From the NCBI RefSeq assembly GCF_016432865.1, contig NC_067401.1, forward strand, positions 99,696,001 through 99,760,000: a stretch of 64,000 nt of DNA, read 5' to 3'. Position numbers and translations under genes: made by a program. A model generated the notes under the pieces. The model did no database searches and had not been told where the DNA came from. It worked only from the letters and a program-made list of their open reading frames with translations. This DNA is from Antechinus flavipes (lineage: Eukaryota). Positions 48,915-62,274 of this stretch are shown piece by piece (the first letter of the stretch is position 1; each line of letters starts with the position of its first letter).

Positions 48915-51900
48915 TTTTTGCTGTTCTTTTTTTTGATTTTTGGGAATGCTAATAACGAGTGGTTAAAATCAGATGTTAAGGTTACCCTGGTGTCATTTAT
49001 CTAAATTCTCCCTACCTGATTTCATGGACAGTTGAATACCTAATATCTACAGTACTTTGGCTTCCTATTCCCATATTAATGTTTTATGCAGAGCATAGCA
49101 GTTGGGAAAACACCTTTTATAATACCTTATTAGACTAATCTAGTTGGCATGATAAATAGGATTTTATATTGCCATCAAATATTGTTTGGGTGGTCATCTT
49201 TGCTTGCAAGGTGCACATGCCTCTATATAAAAGCATCTTTTAGTGAGAGACTAGATATTTATGCACAAGTGAAGCAGCTTTTTTGCATACCTTAACTCTT
49301 ATTTAAATTAGCATGGGTCATACTGCTGGCAAGCAAATACATGTGCTAGATTGAATTTCTGATTGGTTTTGTTTTCCTTCCCTCTCTTTAAAATTGCATA
49401 TGTGCACATCTGTTGTAGATAGTGAACTGCGTTGTAAGAGTTGAATCTTTTTGCAATTTGGCTTCCTTTTACTCATAATTCACAGTTGATGATGACTTTG
49501 AACTCCATTTCCAACTCGATACTGGAGGCTTTTGCTTTCACCATCACCTAGATTCGGAGCTTCAAGGAAGCTCACTCCAGCTAGTATCAACTAGAAACAT
49601 CTCTGCATCTTAATATGGGATTCAGTCATGAAATTCTAGCATGCAATTTTCTGTACCTTTTCTTCCTTCCTGGACAGACACATGAAAAAAGACTATAGCA
49701 TAAGATAGCTTGTTTTGATTTAACCCAGTAGAAAAGGGAAAAAAATATGCTTAAATTATTCAAACACATGGGATCTATCTTAAGCTATTTTGATTCTGTA
49801 AACTTTGAGAAAATTCTGTGGAGTCCAGATGAGGAGAAAATAGATATGCATTCTGCGTGCCAGATTTGTGTTCTCGTGCTTTGTATTCAATTCGCACAGA
49901 CATATAAACATGAAGAAGGCATGTATATTATGTACTGGGTGGGGGAGAAGGTGACTTTGAGTGCCTCTGATTTTTTTCAATTTGTTTACTCCCTATTGCA
50001 GACAGAGATTTCAATTCTTCCTCAATTTTGTTCTGAGTCTCAGTTATCATTAATTGGTATGGCCCCTAAAATTCATCACTTCATAGACATTCTTCTGCCA
50101 GTGATCTTTTATAGTCAAGATTGCCCATAGTTTAGCTTCTTCCCTTTTTTTCTTTCAAAATTCACCTCTAGGTTCATCTCCTTTTCTCTTCAGCTGCCAG
50201 TACCCCCAACTCTCCACAAATCCCCATGTATTTACATTGAATATATTTTAAATATATTTATGTCTATAAGTTGTTTTCCTTAATAGAATATATTCTCTCT
50301 GAGGGCAAGAACTCTATAATTTTTATTTTTGTAGCCCACAGTGTCTATCACATAACTGTATAAATATTTGTGGATAGAATAGAGAATCCAAGCTCAGTTC
50401 CATGGAACACAGAAACAGGACTTTAGTAGAAAATGAATTTTTTTGTGGTAGAATGAAAAATAAAAAATCCCTGGAGAAAACAGAATTGATAAAACAGAAC
50501 TTCTTGTTTTGTGTTTTTTTTTATTTTTATAAAATCATAATTGATTATATCTAATATTTGGATATTTACTTCCTTAAAGGAAGTAACTAATTACTCTCCT
50601 AGAATGTGCAATGAAAAAATAAACAAATTATTAAGATAGTAATAAATCTTCCTTTTTAAAAAAAAAGACAAACTAGCTTTAGAAATCTTAAGAAGCTGCA
50701 TATTTTTCATATATAAATAGCAGTCCTTAGACTGGGCAGTTATGGCATGCTGAAGGAAAGGGGATTTGACCTTATTTTGTGTCCCCTCTTAGAGACTTCT
50801 TTATACAGGCTGTTTTATTTCAAGCAAAAGGACCAGTGACTGGAATCTGACTATGGATGTTACTGAAAGTTTAAGGTCAAATCATTTTATCTTCTGATAT
50901 CAGTTATCTTAGTACTGTGGAACAACTCATTCCTCCCTTCTACTATGTAACCAATTTCTCTCTATTGCCTGCATCTCCTTTACATATACACTATCCCCTT
51001 CCCAACTTTCTTGAGCATTTTGGAGACGACAGAACATCTCGTCCTAAGAAAGAATACTTCTGATGAACAAAAATGATAGTGCTCCAAATTTAGGGGTGTT
51101 CTAGGAAAAAGGGGTGCAGAAGGAAACCTGAATATCATTCATAGGCCTAAAATTGATCCTGAAAAGAAGAATGAAATGAAAAGTTTCATATTTTCCTCTC
51201 CAGCTTCTTTTCAATATCTTGTTTTGCCCCAGGTGTCTAAATTTCTTGAAAGTAGCTAGGTGTCTATATGGTGTTTCATATTGCTGTTAAACACTTCTCT
51301 TCTCTCTTTCCTATTGTATGAAGATTATTCTCCTCTGCAGCATTAACAGATGGAAAAATAAAAGTTAAATCATTTCACTTTTTTCTATTAATATATTATC
51401 ATTCTGAATCAGGCACTTTTTTCACCCTTGTGTCTCTGTCCCCCATCAATTGCCAAGAAAAGGTCTTTCTTTGGCATTTAACTGTGATTTCAAACCTTGG
51501 CTTATTCTAGCTCTTTGTCTCGCTGATAATTTTCTTATAGAACTGGTTCTTTTTTGTGTTTGTCTTTAGTTACTAGATCTTATTTCATTTGAAAGTATCT
51601 GCCATTTTCAAATCTTGATTCCCTGTTCATCCCCTTTACTTTCTTTTTATACCCTCTCCTGTTAATTGTAGTTGATTTTGAGAATTTCATTGCCAAAATC
51701 TTGTTCTTGAGAGCCTCCCATCCCACTGGAGGCAATCCCTCGTGTACTGCCTCGGGCCAGGAGATTGTACCCCACCTCTCTCCAAATTGCTCAAATTTAA
51801 CGGACACCCCTCAGAGCAAGCTTGGGCACCTCTCCTTATCTCACCACAGCTGAGGATGGCATGTTTCTCACTGAATGTTTGGTGCAGTAGATACGCTTCT

Positions 51901-52802
51901 GAAAAGTGTGCAAATCAATTTAGTAAGCCAAAGAATGCCATCTAAATATGGGCTACTAATATTATAAGTCTAATCCTTAAAAGCTCTGATTTCCTAAACC
52001 AAATCATGTTTTCAATGCACAAGGGGACCTTGCTGTTTAGGAGGACCCCATTATAAATCCTTTTGTAAAGCAATAGTGCTGTACTGTGAATAATCACTTT
52101 CTCATTTATCTGCATTGTAAGCTTAGCTTTCCGTAGTTCATGTTTTATAAATGTGAAATACACCAGAACGAAGGACCTCTTGTATTAGAAGCTATAATAT
52201 TTAAGCACGTGCAGTGTTTTTGTGTTTGCAAAATGGCATAAAGTTGTTTTGGGATTCCATTCATTAATTTCTGTGCAGTAATTCTTGTGGGTTATGCCCA
52301 TGCCATGGTTCCCACTTTGTAGATCAAATGAGATTATACATGAAAGAATTTGAGAATCTTAAATCCTTATGTAATTTGAGTGGTTACATGAGAAAAATGA
52401 AGAAAAAAGAACTTGGAGCACTATGTTCGAAGGCTCCTGAGGTTGTGGAGGACGCAGAATATCAGGAGCTCTTAACCTTGAAGTGCTGGTAGGTGGTATG
52501 GCCCCATTGTCTTACTGATGAGTGCAGTGGGATCCCAGGTTGGACCACTCTGACTTGTAGGTTTCCCCAAGGTCCCCTTTTTAAATGTTTTTGATCTGCA
52601 TGTGTATCTACGAATTGGGTGTAAAATGTGAGAAAGTTAAAAGTTTCCCCATGTAAGCAATCACACCATATTCTTGTCCCTTTCCCTCATCTTGCTCTGG
52701 GAGAGGGGAAAGCACAACAATTGTGGCTGTGATTGGCAGTGTCCCAGAGCTTCTAGGGATAGCATTGTAAGGTTGCTTTTGTTTCTTTTTTCCCTTTTAC
52801 AG

Positions 52803-53027
52803 TGGTTCCCACCACTCAGGAAGCCCTTCAGCGCACTGTTCTAAAAATAGCGGATCTTTGGACACCTCCAAAGTCTACATAGTATCACACAATAGTGGCC
52901 AACAGGTTACTGGGTCAGTGTCCAAATCCTATCACAGGCAAGGCGCAGTCAGCAAATATGTAATTGGTTGGAAGAAATCAGAAGGCAGCCCCACACCCGA
53001 AGAGTCTGAAGTAAACGAATGTCAGGG
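52803..53027 (+). CDS. SIPA1L2: SIPA1L2 exon (GSHHSGSPSAHCSKNSGSLDTSKVYIVSH...KYVIGWKKSEGSPTPEESEVNECQ-G)
   Basis: Acceptor ttttacag|T, donor GG|gtaagt, 225 nt, phase 2 to 2. Absent from the ORF track. Confidence 0.95.
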
Positions 53028-54169
53028 GTAAGTAAAACAACTTCTTTTTCTTTTTCTCTGGGCAAAATTATGAGGAAAGAGAAAATAGGAAAATGAGAGT
53101 TTTTTTCTAAAGGAGTAGGTCTTTCTTTAAAGTTAACTAATTTTTTGCAAAAATTTTTAACTTACATATTTTTCTTAAAACTCTTATGTCCATTTCCCAA
53201 TTTTAACATTGAATTGAAAGAAATTTTTTTCTTCCTAAAGACCAAAACTAATTTTTTCCAATATAAATACTTTCAGCAAAATACTATTTAAGTTTAAATC
53301 TTTGAGAAATCAGCAAATTCATGGGTAGAGAGTGCACACATTGAATTTGTGGTAGAACTAAGCGATCTTTAAACTACAAAAAAGTGTTTTTATTTGTTTA
53401 ATCATTTAAACATTGCTTTTTTATTTCTTATGCTTTGAAAGATGGGATTTTTTTATAATTATTTATAAAAGAAAAAAATGTTGATTGACCTTTTGATAAA
53501 ATCTTTCATGATATCTGTGATTGTATTTTTGTACTTCTGAAGTGGTAGGTTCTTGCATATTTTAGCATATGCAAAAAAAGGCTAACCAAACCATTTTAAT
53601 TGGTTTTTGAAGATTCAGACCTAAAAAAGATATTGTGTACTCATTTCAGTCTCTGGGTTAACATTTTCTACTGGATTAGCCCACCATAATGGCATCAAAT
53701 GCTAATACTTTCAAGTGCATATGTGTTCTTTGATGAATATTAAGGATGCCCTTGGAGAGTTTTTGGAGCTTTGTTTTTTTAAAAAAAGTTATCTTTTTAA
53801 AATTAGTTTTCCATTTTATAAAACTATCTCCTAAGTGCATGACTAAAAGATATTTTTAACTTCATATCATTGTAGGCAATGTGATATAGTGGTTAGAGAA
53901 GCCAGAAAGAAAGTTTCATCTCTGACACAAGCTTGGATAAGTCATTTAATTTCTTAATGTCCTTGATAACTCTCTGAGATTGAGAGGATTTTAGGTCTTG
54001 GGAAGCATTAAAGGATACATTAGCATCATTTAGCTACTGCTGCTCCTCATGTGCACTTTAAAGGGAAACTGGCACAACAAATGTATGGAAAAAGTGTTGG
54101 ACCCACAAACTGACTCGAATTACTGCACATCTTCCACAGTATCAGTGGCAACAACCACAGAAATAATGG

Positions 54170-54520
54170 AGTCAACCATTTATGTAGCACTTTAAGGTTT
54201 GCAAAGCATTTCACAGATGTTATTTTGTTTAACCTAAAACGAGGATGATAATCCTAGGATTGTTGTGTGGATCAAATGTGATCACAATTGTAAAGAGCTT
54301 AACATAGTGCTTGACACGTAGTAGTGCCATATAAATGTTGTTGTTATTCTCACACTAATGGGAGGTAAGTGCTATTATTATTCTTATTTTTACAGGCAAG
54401 GAAACTGAGGCGAGTAGTGCTTAAATGAATTGCCCAGGATCATACAGCTGTGTCTGAGGGCACACGAGCTGAGGGCTTCCGACTCCAGGACTGTAGAGCT
54501 ATCTATCTGCCGAGCCAGGA
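54170..54520. mobile_element. Nested CORE-SINEs: plus-strand MIR 3' half (about 54236-54350) inside a minus-strand MIR
   Basis: The minus copy is split between ...ttgtttaacct and cacactaatgggaggtaagtgct...; the insert reads gattgttgtgtggatcaaatg...tataaatgttg. Confidence 0.6.
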
Positions 54521-55897
54521 GAGATCAGGCTCATTCTTGTAGATCAGCCCCCTCCCATGGAGGTTATTTTTGAAAAAGTTAGAGGCAAGGTCCAGCTTGT
54601 AGCTCTGGACTAGATCACAGAGATTGGACTTGCCAACAGTCCTCCTTGTAAAAATACTAGAATGTCCTTCATGGATTTCTTAAGAAGGTTTTTGAGGAGG
54701 CCTTTTTTGTACATGCTTACAAACTCACCAATGAGTACTTCTACACTGATTTTCATCATTTTCAAAGCCCTCCCTCCTTCCCTTATCGCCTGTCTGTTTT
54801 TCATGTGTTAGTCCTTGAAATACTTGAAAGTGCATGAAAATGTACACCATTTTAGGAACAGGGATGGAATTTTTTTCCCAGAGAAATGGTTATTAGTTTT
54901 GTGTTTGTAAGTGAAAGTTTCCAATTTAAGCATTTTTTTCTGGAAGCTTTTGCTTAGCTTGTTGTAACAGCATCCTCTCTGAACCAAAATGCCTTCGAGG
55001 TGCCAGTGATGAGAGCCCTAAACAGCTCATTTGCTGGAGACTTAGCTGCCTCGGTACATCTTAATTCCTAGAGTTCAATAGCGTAGGCCATTGCCTCTGC
55101 CGAGGCTACTCCACTCGCTGATTGTTCTGCATTTGGCAGGAAGTAATTGGACTCCAGTTTACGTCTTTGGACATCTACAGTTGTTCAAAGTGTGTTCTCA
55201 AAGTAAACCCTTTAAAGATCACTTTTGCTTCCCTCCTAGAAGAGAGCTGAGAGACAGTAATTCAGTCTGACAGTCTTTTGTTGACCATAAATACATTTTT
55301 ATATACTGATAATTAAGGGAGACAGATGTTTTATTTATCCAGACAGCTTTATGAAATTGCTGATAATTAAACGTGTTTGGCATATGCCAGGAATGGTTAC
55401 TCTTGAACCTCGGGCATCTCCTCTGGACACGATAGGATTGGGACCTGGAGTCCAGGGGTCTGACTACCCTTAATCTCCAAGTTTTTAAGAAGCACACACA
55501 CTGATTTAGAAATACTGGCTCATCTCTATGTTTTAAAATCAATCTAATGAATTATTGAAACTCTGTTTCCAAATCCAAACTAGGAAAAAAGGAAACAGGC
55601 TTCATTGGAGGAAGCGGCAGCTTGTTTCCATATATTGTGCTCTGGGAATCTGATTTGTTTCTGAATTATTCAAAAATCTTATCTGGCAATTGAACTTAGT
55701 TCATAAATATAAAATGACTTGGGGATTTGGAGTGAAGGGGGAGCAAAACTGAACGGACTTAATAATAAAGAAATGCACATGTGTATTTGTGTATGTGTTT
55801 TTGAACACTAGTTATTGCATTTTAATTTATAATTTCATAGGCAGTTTGATGGTTGGCTCCCTGATCCTCTCTCTTTTATTCTGATCTATTCAAACAG

Positions 55898-56051
55898 AAT
55901 GTATAGTGATATGGAAGCCATGTCCACATCAAGTCAACATCAGGCCGTGGTGGAGGATGCAGTTTCTGAAACCCAACATGTCCTGTCCAAAGAAGACTTT
56001 TTGAAGTTAATGCTTCCTGGCAGCCCTTTGGTGGAGGAGGGCCGAAGAAAG
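55898..56051 (+). CDS. SIPA1L2: SIPA1L2 exon (MYSDMEAMSTSSQHQAVVEDAVSETQHVLSKEDFLKLMLPGSPLVEEGRRK)
   Basis: Acceptor aaacag|A, donor AAG|gttagc, 154 nt, phase 2 to 0. Confidence 0.94.
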
Positions 56052-56218
56052 GTTAGCCAATTTAAAAGGATTTTCAGTCCCTACAAAGAACAGATATAGT
56101 TCACTGTCGTCCCTAAAAAAAATCCCGATAGAACCCACTGTTTCTTACAAATTGACTGTATTTGTTTAATATTGGGGTTTTGTTTGTTTGTATGTTTTGC
56201 AAAGTGGTAGATTTATCC

Positions 56219-56317
56219 ACATAGCTACTAAGTGGGAAGTGTCTCCTGGCGGATTTGAACTCAGGTCCTCCCAGCTCCAGAGCCAGTGCTGTATCCACTG
56301 TACCATCTAGCTGCCCC
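56219..56317 (-). mobile_element. tRNA-derived SINE head (WSINE1/Mar1-like)
   Basis: Minus strand reads ggggcagctagaTGGTACAGTGGatacagcactgg...GAGTTCAAATCC, i.e. Pol III A and B boxes. Confidence 0.85.
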
Positions 56318-56834
56318 TAAATGAAGTATATTTAACAGGAGGCAGTAACAGATGGGCAGACAGGGATACTGAAGCATAAACATGGAAGGAAAACATGAGT
56401 GGAGTCAGAAACAGTTCATACATATTTTTTCATTTATAGGTTTAATCTCTTTGCTGAGAGCAGAAACTTTAAATGGAAATTGAATGGCATGAGGATAAGA
56501 TTAATATGGCCTCAAGCCTGTTTGAAGAACTCCAGTAATTGTGATAATTATAATGAAGGCTTTAACCCCCCCCCCAAATCATACTACAAGCCTGCCCATA
56601 TTCTATTGAATATTGTGCTTGAAATTCTGAAAGAAAAATGGATATTATTGCAGAAGAAGAATACAGGCCTGTGTTAGTTCAGATATTTTTTAAAAAGTGA
56701 GTTGCCATTATGGTTTTTAAAATACCGACCCTATAAAAGATGAGCAAAAGTGATTGTTCTGATCAGGAATGGGCTTGAGGAGTTTAGGTAGGCACTACAT
56801 CATTGCTTATTAGTATCTCTCTGGGTTCAAGGCC

Positions 56835-57068
56835 TTGATGTGGCTCACTGTCCAAAGTGTCAGGCCCGGAGCCAGGAATACCTGAGTTCAAATGGGCCCT
56901 CAGGCACTGGCTATGTCATCCTAGGCTCAATCAACTTCCTCCTCTGTAAAATGAGCATAATAATAGCACTTGCTTCCCAGATTGTTGTAAAGACTTTTGA
57001 GACATTTATATCACAGGCCCTAGAATGTCTTAGGTACAATATAAATGTTAGTGATGATGATGATGATG
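56835..57068 (+). mobile_element. MIR/CORE-SINE with (GAT)n tail
   Basis: acctgagttcaaat...cttcctcctctgtaaaatgagcataataatagcac...tataaatgttagtgatgatgat. Confidence 0.75.
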
Positions 57069-59055
57069 AGGGGAGGGGGGAGAAGTGACTGGTCATGGTC
57101 AGGATGGTGATAAGACCTTAAAAGATAAGGATTTTGAAGCAATTGGCCACCAGTGTCTACATTTAGCATTTCCTTTTCATATTTCAGCTGTGTAGCTTAC
57201 GCCAATTTTTGTCTCAGAGCTAGAAGGAAGTAGGAAGGGGCTGTAGCCTCAATTCACCTCTCTCCTTTCAGCTAAATTGGACGTGCTGGGGAACCAACAT
57301 CCTTCTGTCTCTCAGCTTAGAGAAGGTAGGAGGGAGGCAGAAAAGAGAGAAAAGTAGCAAATGCTGGTGATGAGTTTTTCTTCCCTTCTCCCCTCCCACC
57401 CAGCAAGTGGTCAGCTTCCTTTCTCACTCCTTTTTACTCTGACAGAGAGAGAACATGTTCCATTTAGAAGCCTCTGCTGGCAGCAATGATTATTTTATGA
57501 AAGCAAAAAGATTAGGAGGGGGGGCTTTGCTGTAAAAAAAATAGTATATCTGTTTCTAAACAAAGATTGGTATAAAGAGGGAGTGGGAAGAAAGGTACAA
57601 GTAAATATAATAATTATAAAAACAGACTAATGTCAATAGATTGACCGCTACCCTGACAGAAGAGATGAGGAAAATGGAAGTCTGTTACTTTCTAGCTGAG
57701 GGGGAGATTGGACAAATCACTTGAGCTTTTTTGGCCTCAGTTGTCTTTTTTTTTTCCCTTTTCTTTTTTTCTTTCTCTTTTTCTTTTTGTCAAATGTCAA
57801 ATCTTGTCTTCCCAAAGGCAGAAGGCTGGGCAAGCGATTAACCTAAAATTCTTCCCAGCTTTAAATACATGACAGTTGAATTAGAAGCTTGTTAGTATTT
57901 TAGAGCTAGAGGGGACCTTAGAAATCAGGGGAGTCAGCACATTCAGTGGCATTGGAGGGAGAAAACTAGGGTTCAGTACCTGCTTCTAATACCTTCTGGG
58001 TAATTCTGGCCACTTATCTTTTCTGGGCTTCAGTTTTCTTATCTGTAAATCTGAGTTTAGATAGCCTTCTGAGGTCTCTTCTCATTCTTGATCTGGGATC
58101 CTATTTTAAAACTTAATTTAATAGATGAGGAAGCTGAGACCCAGAATTTAAATGTCTTCTCTCAGAACATATGTAGCTAAGTAGAGAAACCAAGGCCAGA
58201 GCATGGCTTCTAGGCCATAATAACTCTTACTGAAATAGAAAATATTCATATAGTTCCCTTTATTACTGACAGTGAGTCAGAAAAAAAAAAAAAAGAACAA
58301 GTAGGCAAAAACTCTGGCTTTTCTAAAATGGAATTGTACTCCAATTAACTGAATTATAGCCTTGGAATAACACAAATTAGATCCTACCTCAAAAACCCTT
58401 TATTCTCTTCTGCCTATAATAACGTGCTGAAGAATGGACTAGTTGTCTGTGTAAAGGGAATCCCTTAAGAATTTGATCCTAATGAATCTCTTGTTCTTAA
58501 CATATATGTATTAACTGATGTATATTGCTAATATAAGCTCATTAAAGGTTTAAACTGCACAAAGACTGCTGGGGACGCTATATGTGAATGTATGCATATA
58601 TACATATATGTGTATGTGTGTGGACATATATGTGTTTATATAAGGTATATTGTACAAATACTACAAATCAGAAGATAGCAGTATGAGTTCAGATATGAAG
58701 ACAGGCTATTGCAAAAATAAATTCTGATAGCATATCCTTTTTGTCAAGAGATTTCTTCTTTAAAACCACATTTTCCTCTCCTAGTATATGTTTAACTTTG
58801 TAGGCCACGTACATGATTTATGTAAGCATTCATCAGTTAGGAAGAGTCTACAGAATGGAAGGAACACAAAGAATAGGGATATTTTTAGCCCTTCTGCTGC
58901 ATTCACCAACTTAAATGGCCATTTCTATACTTATTTGATGTAAACAACGTTTAAGGACAGCCAGCCGATCATACTTGTTTATCCAACGGGATATGCCTCA
59001 GGATGTAACGGAACATGTTGAAAATGTGGGGTTTTGTTTGATTTTGTTTTAAGAT

Positions 59056-59056
<1 letters not shown>

Positions 59057-59100
<44 letters not shown>
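59057..59100. repeat. (GT)22 microsatellite
   Basis: Direct reading. Confidence 0.97.
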
Positions 59101-59102
<2 letters not shown>

Positions 59103-59719
59103 TCAGAATCAAGTATTTTAGTAAACACTATGTAAGGATTTTTTCTCTAAATACAGTTACAACAATTTCATGGAATTCTTTTTCCAACTAGACTTTTCTG
59201 TTTTCTTTGGATTTATTTGGGCTCCTTCAAGTTTCTGATATTTGAAATTTGTTTTCTTGTCATGTGGATTAGATTGAACCTCACATGCAATTGATCGGTG
59301 CCGAAATCACTGCGTATTAAAAGCCTAGTTGTTTCAAATTAAAATCCAGCAGCTTTATGTGTGCATGTGAGTGAATGTTGCCTGACAGGGTAGCCTTCTC
59401 TGTGTCCGAAGCCATCATTGCCCTGAGATTGTGGGGGTCATTTAGCATTTAGAATTCACAAAGTGGCGGAGCACCTCATCGATTCCTGGCCACATTTAGC
59501 CGAATGTCAGAGAGGAAGCACTGGGCCGGAATAACGGCTCTGAAACACCAGGGTGTTTGGCCAGGGGAGTCAGTGGGTTTCCTCCAGAGCCTTCCTGGGG
59601 AAGAGCTCACAGCGAGTTTTTAGGGGGCTGCATCAGCCCATGGCCCCTGGCGGCGTTCCCTGCACGCCTTCCTTGTTTACTAACGCCCTTTCCCTTTCCC
59701 CTCTCTCCTGACCCTCTAG

Positions 59720-59939
59720 TTCTCGTTCTATGGGAACCTGTCTCCCAGAAGGTCCCTGTACCGCACGCTCTCGGATGAGAGCATCTGCAGCAATCGCCGG
59801 GGATCGTCCTTTGGCAGCTCGCGGAGTTCCATCCTGGACCAAGCCTTGCCCAACGACATCTTGTTCAGCACCACCCCTCCCTACCACAGCACGCTCCCAC
59901 CTCGGACCAACCCGGCCCCGGGCCTGGGGAGCCTGAGAA
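59720..59939 (+). CDS. SIPA1L2: SIPA1L2 exon, SPAR C-terminal region (FSFYGNLSPRRSLYRTLSDESICSNRRGSSFGSSRSSILDQALPNDILFSTTPPYHSTLPPRTNPAPGLGSLR-N)
   Basis: Acceptor ctctag|TTC, donor A|gtaagt, 220 nt, phase 0 to 1. This frame is not in the ORF track. Confidence 0.96.
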
Positions 59940-60404
59940 GTAAGTGGCGTCCGGGGGTGACTGTGTGACCAGGCGCCGGGGCTTCTGGGCTGCACCCAGA
60001 AGCCTAATCTTCACCTAATCACCTTCACCTAATCCCACCTGGCTCCTGAGCCTGCTCGGCTGCCTGCTGGCTGAGGGACCTTTCCAAAAAATCACTTTCC
60101 TCCTCTCTGCAACATGGATTCCTTACCCGTAACATGAGAGGGTGGATCTAGAGCTGGTAGCAATCTAGACCCCCTTCCGCACTTGACAGGTGGGGAAACT
60201 GAGGCCTGAGGAGAGTAAAAGCCTTGGCCACGGTCACACAGGTAGTGTCAGGCTTCTCTGATTTCCATGCTCTTCGTCTCTAACATGTTTTCTCCTGCCT
60301 GCTGGCTCAAAATCCTGTCTGTTTTTAAATTTTTTTTCTTTTTTAAATTTTCATTTATGAATTCTCTCCCTTCCTCCTCTATGGTCTTGTAATAGAAAGA
60401 CAAT

Positions 60405-60623
60405 TTTGTTGTTGAAGTTGTTCAGTCGTGCTCCCGTTTGGGGTTTTCTTGGCAAAGATACTGAAGTGATTTGCCTCTTTCTTTTCCAGATCATTTTATA
60501 AATGGTGAAATTGAGGCAGAGTTAAGTGACTTACCCAGAGTCACACAGCTAATAAGTATCTGAAGCGAGATTTTAAGTCAGACCAGCACTCTATCCACTT
60601 CATCATCACATAGCTAGGTGCCC
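60405..60623 (-). mobile_element. Mar1-type CORE-SINE
   Basis: tttggggttttcttggcaaagatactgaagtgatttgcc...gttaagtgacttacccagagtcacacagcta...ctaggtgcccc. Confidence 0.85.
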
Positions 60624-61520
60624 CAAGAAAGACAATATAGTGGGGCAAAAAAAAGCACTGGATGGAAGTCCAGAGACCTGCGACCAAATGCCTACTTATT
60701 AGTCATTGTTTCATGAACAAGTTCTTTCATCTTTCCAAGCCAATACCTTCTTCATCTCTAAAATATCAACAATAGATTTTGTGCATCTATCAGACAAGAT
60801 TGTTGCCAATCTCAAAACACTATGGAAATATGAGTTAATATCATGACTTAATTTGAAAACAGGAAAAAAATGATTAAAAGAGAGATTTTTAACAAAGTAA
60901 GTGGTGATGTATTCACTGTTCCTGACTGAATTAACCAAAAAACCTACAACTAAGAGGGATAAAAGTCAAGATCATCCCAATTGAATCTTTGGACTTCTGT
61001 ATCAGACTTCAACTTTTATAACTATAAAGAATTATCTAAAACTGTATTATGAAAATTTTTAGGAAAAGAGGGAAAAGTGGTTTCATAATCATCCCTTTGT
61101 TTGCTCTCTAAAGTAAATACATACTGTAGCAAGAGAATGAATACATGACAAAGATGGGCATCCTAGTTTGGGTGACCCTCAGGTGACCCTGAGCTAGACC
61201 TTCCACCTGTCTTGTCTTTCATTTCTTCATTTGTAAAATAATGGAGTTGAACTAAATTATCTCAAAGGTTCTGTGATGCTCAAAGGTTATTTGATTCTCA
61301 AGAGCTGAACCAGTTGCCAAAAATTAAACTTCTGATTTTTTTCCCCAAAATTATTTTCTTGGCTAATCAGTTTTACTAACTTTTTCCTAAATAAAGCTAT
61401 TTCTGTATTACAGAGTTGTGGAAATTTTAAAGAAAGAATTCATCTTCAGGATCTTAGTATGTTTTCATAAAGCATCCAAAACTCTTAGACTCAATGAAAT
61501 TATAAACCTATGTTTAGTGA

Positions 61521-61765
61521 AGCAGAGGGGTGTTATAGCTGATGGAGCACCGAGGCAGGAATCAGGACGAGCCAAGTTCAGATGTAGCCTCAGATACTTA
61601 CTAGCTATGTCACCCCCCTGAACTTTGTTTACCTCAGTTCCCTCTTTTTTAAAATGCAGATAATAATAGCACCTACCTCCCAGGTTGTCGTACTGATCCA
61701 GTGAGAGAAAATTTAAAGCACTTTGCGAAACTTTAAAGCAACCAGATAAATGCTGGCTATTTTTA
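61521..61765 (+). mobile_element. MIR/CORE-SINE
   Basis: aagttcagatgtagcctcagatacttactagctatg...ataatagcacctacctcccaggttg...aaagcactttgcgaaactttaaagc. Confidence 0.8.
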
Positions 61766-62274
61766 TAATTCCAAGCATGAATTGAAAACAATACCCATCT
61801 TCCTTTGAATTCTCCTAATCTATTATATTTAGTGACAGTATTCTAAATATTGTAAGATTCATGTATGTAAGTGAAAATAACACTTGAACACAATAAAGCA
61901 AGGTTACAGAATGAGGGTCAAATATACTATTATTTTCCAAAGCAATTTGCCTTTAAGTGGATGTTAATGTCATCTTGTATTTAGTTCATCACAGTACTTC
62001 AGCATTTCCAAAAGATTTTTTAAAAATTTCATCAGGAGGGTATTCTCTCTGTGATCACCTGTGTTACCTGTAGGCCTTTTTAATATCCAAATTTTATGAG
62101 TTACCATGGCCAAAAGGAATTTATCTCCTGGTGACCAGTTTCTAATATAAAGAATAAAATGTTACATATACTTGGATCTGGTTTCTGCTTCTTTTATTTC
62201 ATAATTTGCCTGAAGCTTTGGGGTGATAGTTCAAAAAAAATTTAATAATAACTGTTTCATGCTAGAGAAGCAAT

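Larger units (their letters stand above)
12998..59939 (+). other. SIPA1L2: SIPA1L2 gene segment (11 internal coding exons; both ends outside window)
   Basis: The spliced translation (848 codons + 1 nt) matches my recollection of mammalian SIPA1L2 from [10 protein letters not shown] to GSLR. All introns are GT-AG with compatible phases. Confidence 0.96.

Noticed and set aside
52420-52500. CpG-containing segment ending in CTG|gtaggt as a cryptic exon
   Set aside because: No pyrimidine-tract acceptor found upstream.
56219-56317. tRNA gene (A and B boxes on minus strand)
   Set aside because: It continues into SINE CORE sequence and has no cloverleaf, so it is a SINE head.
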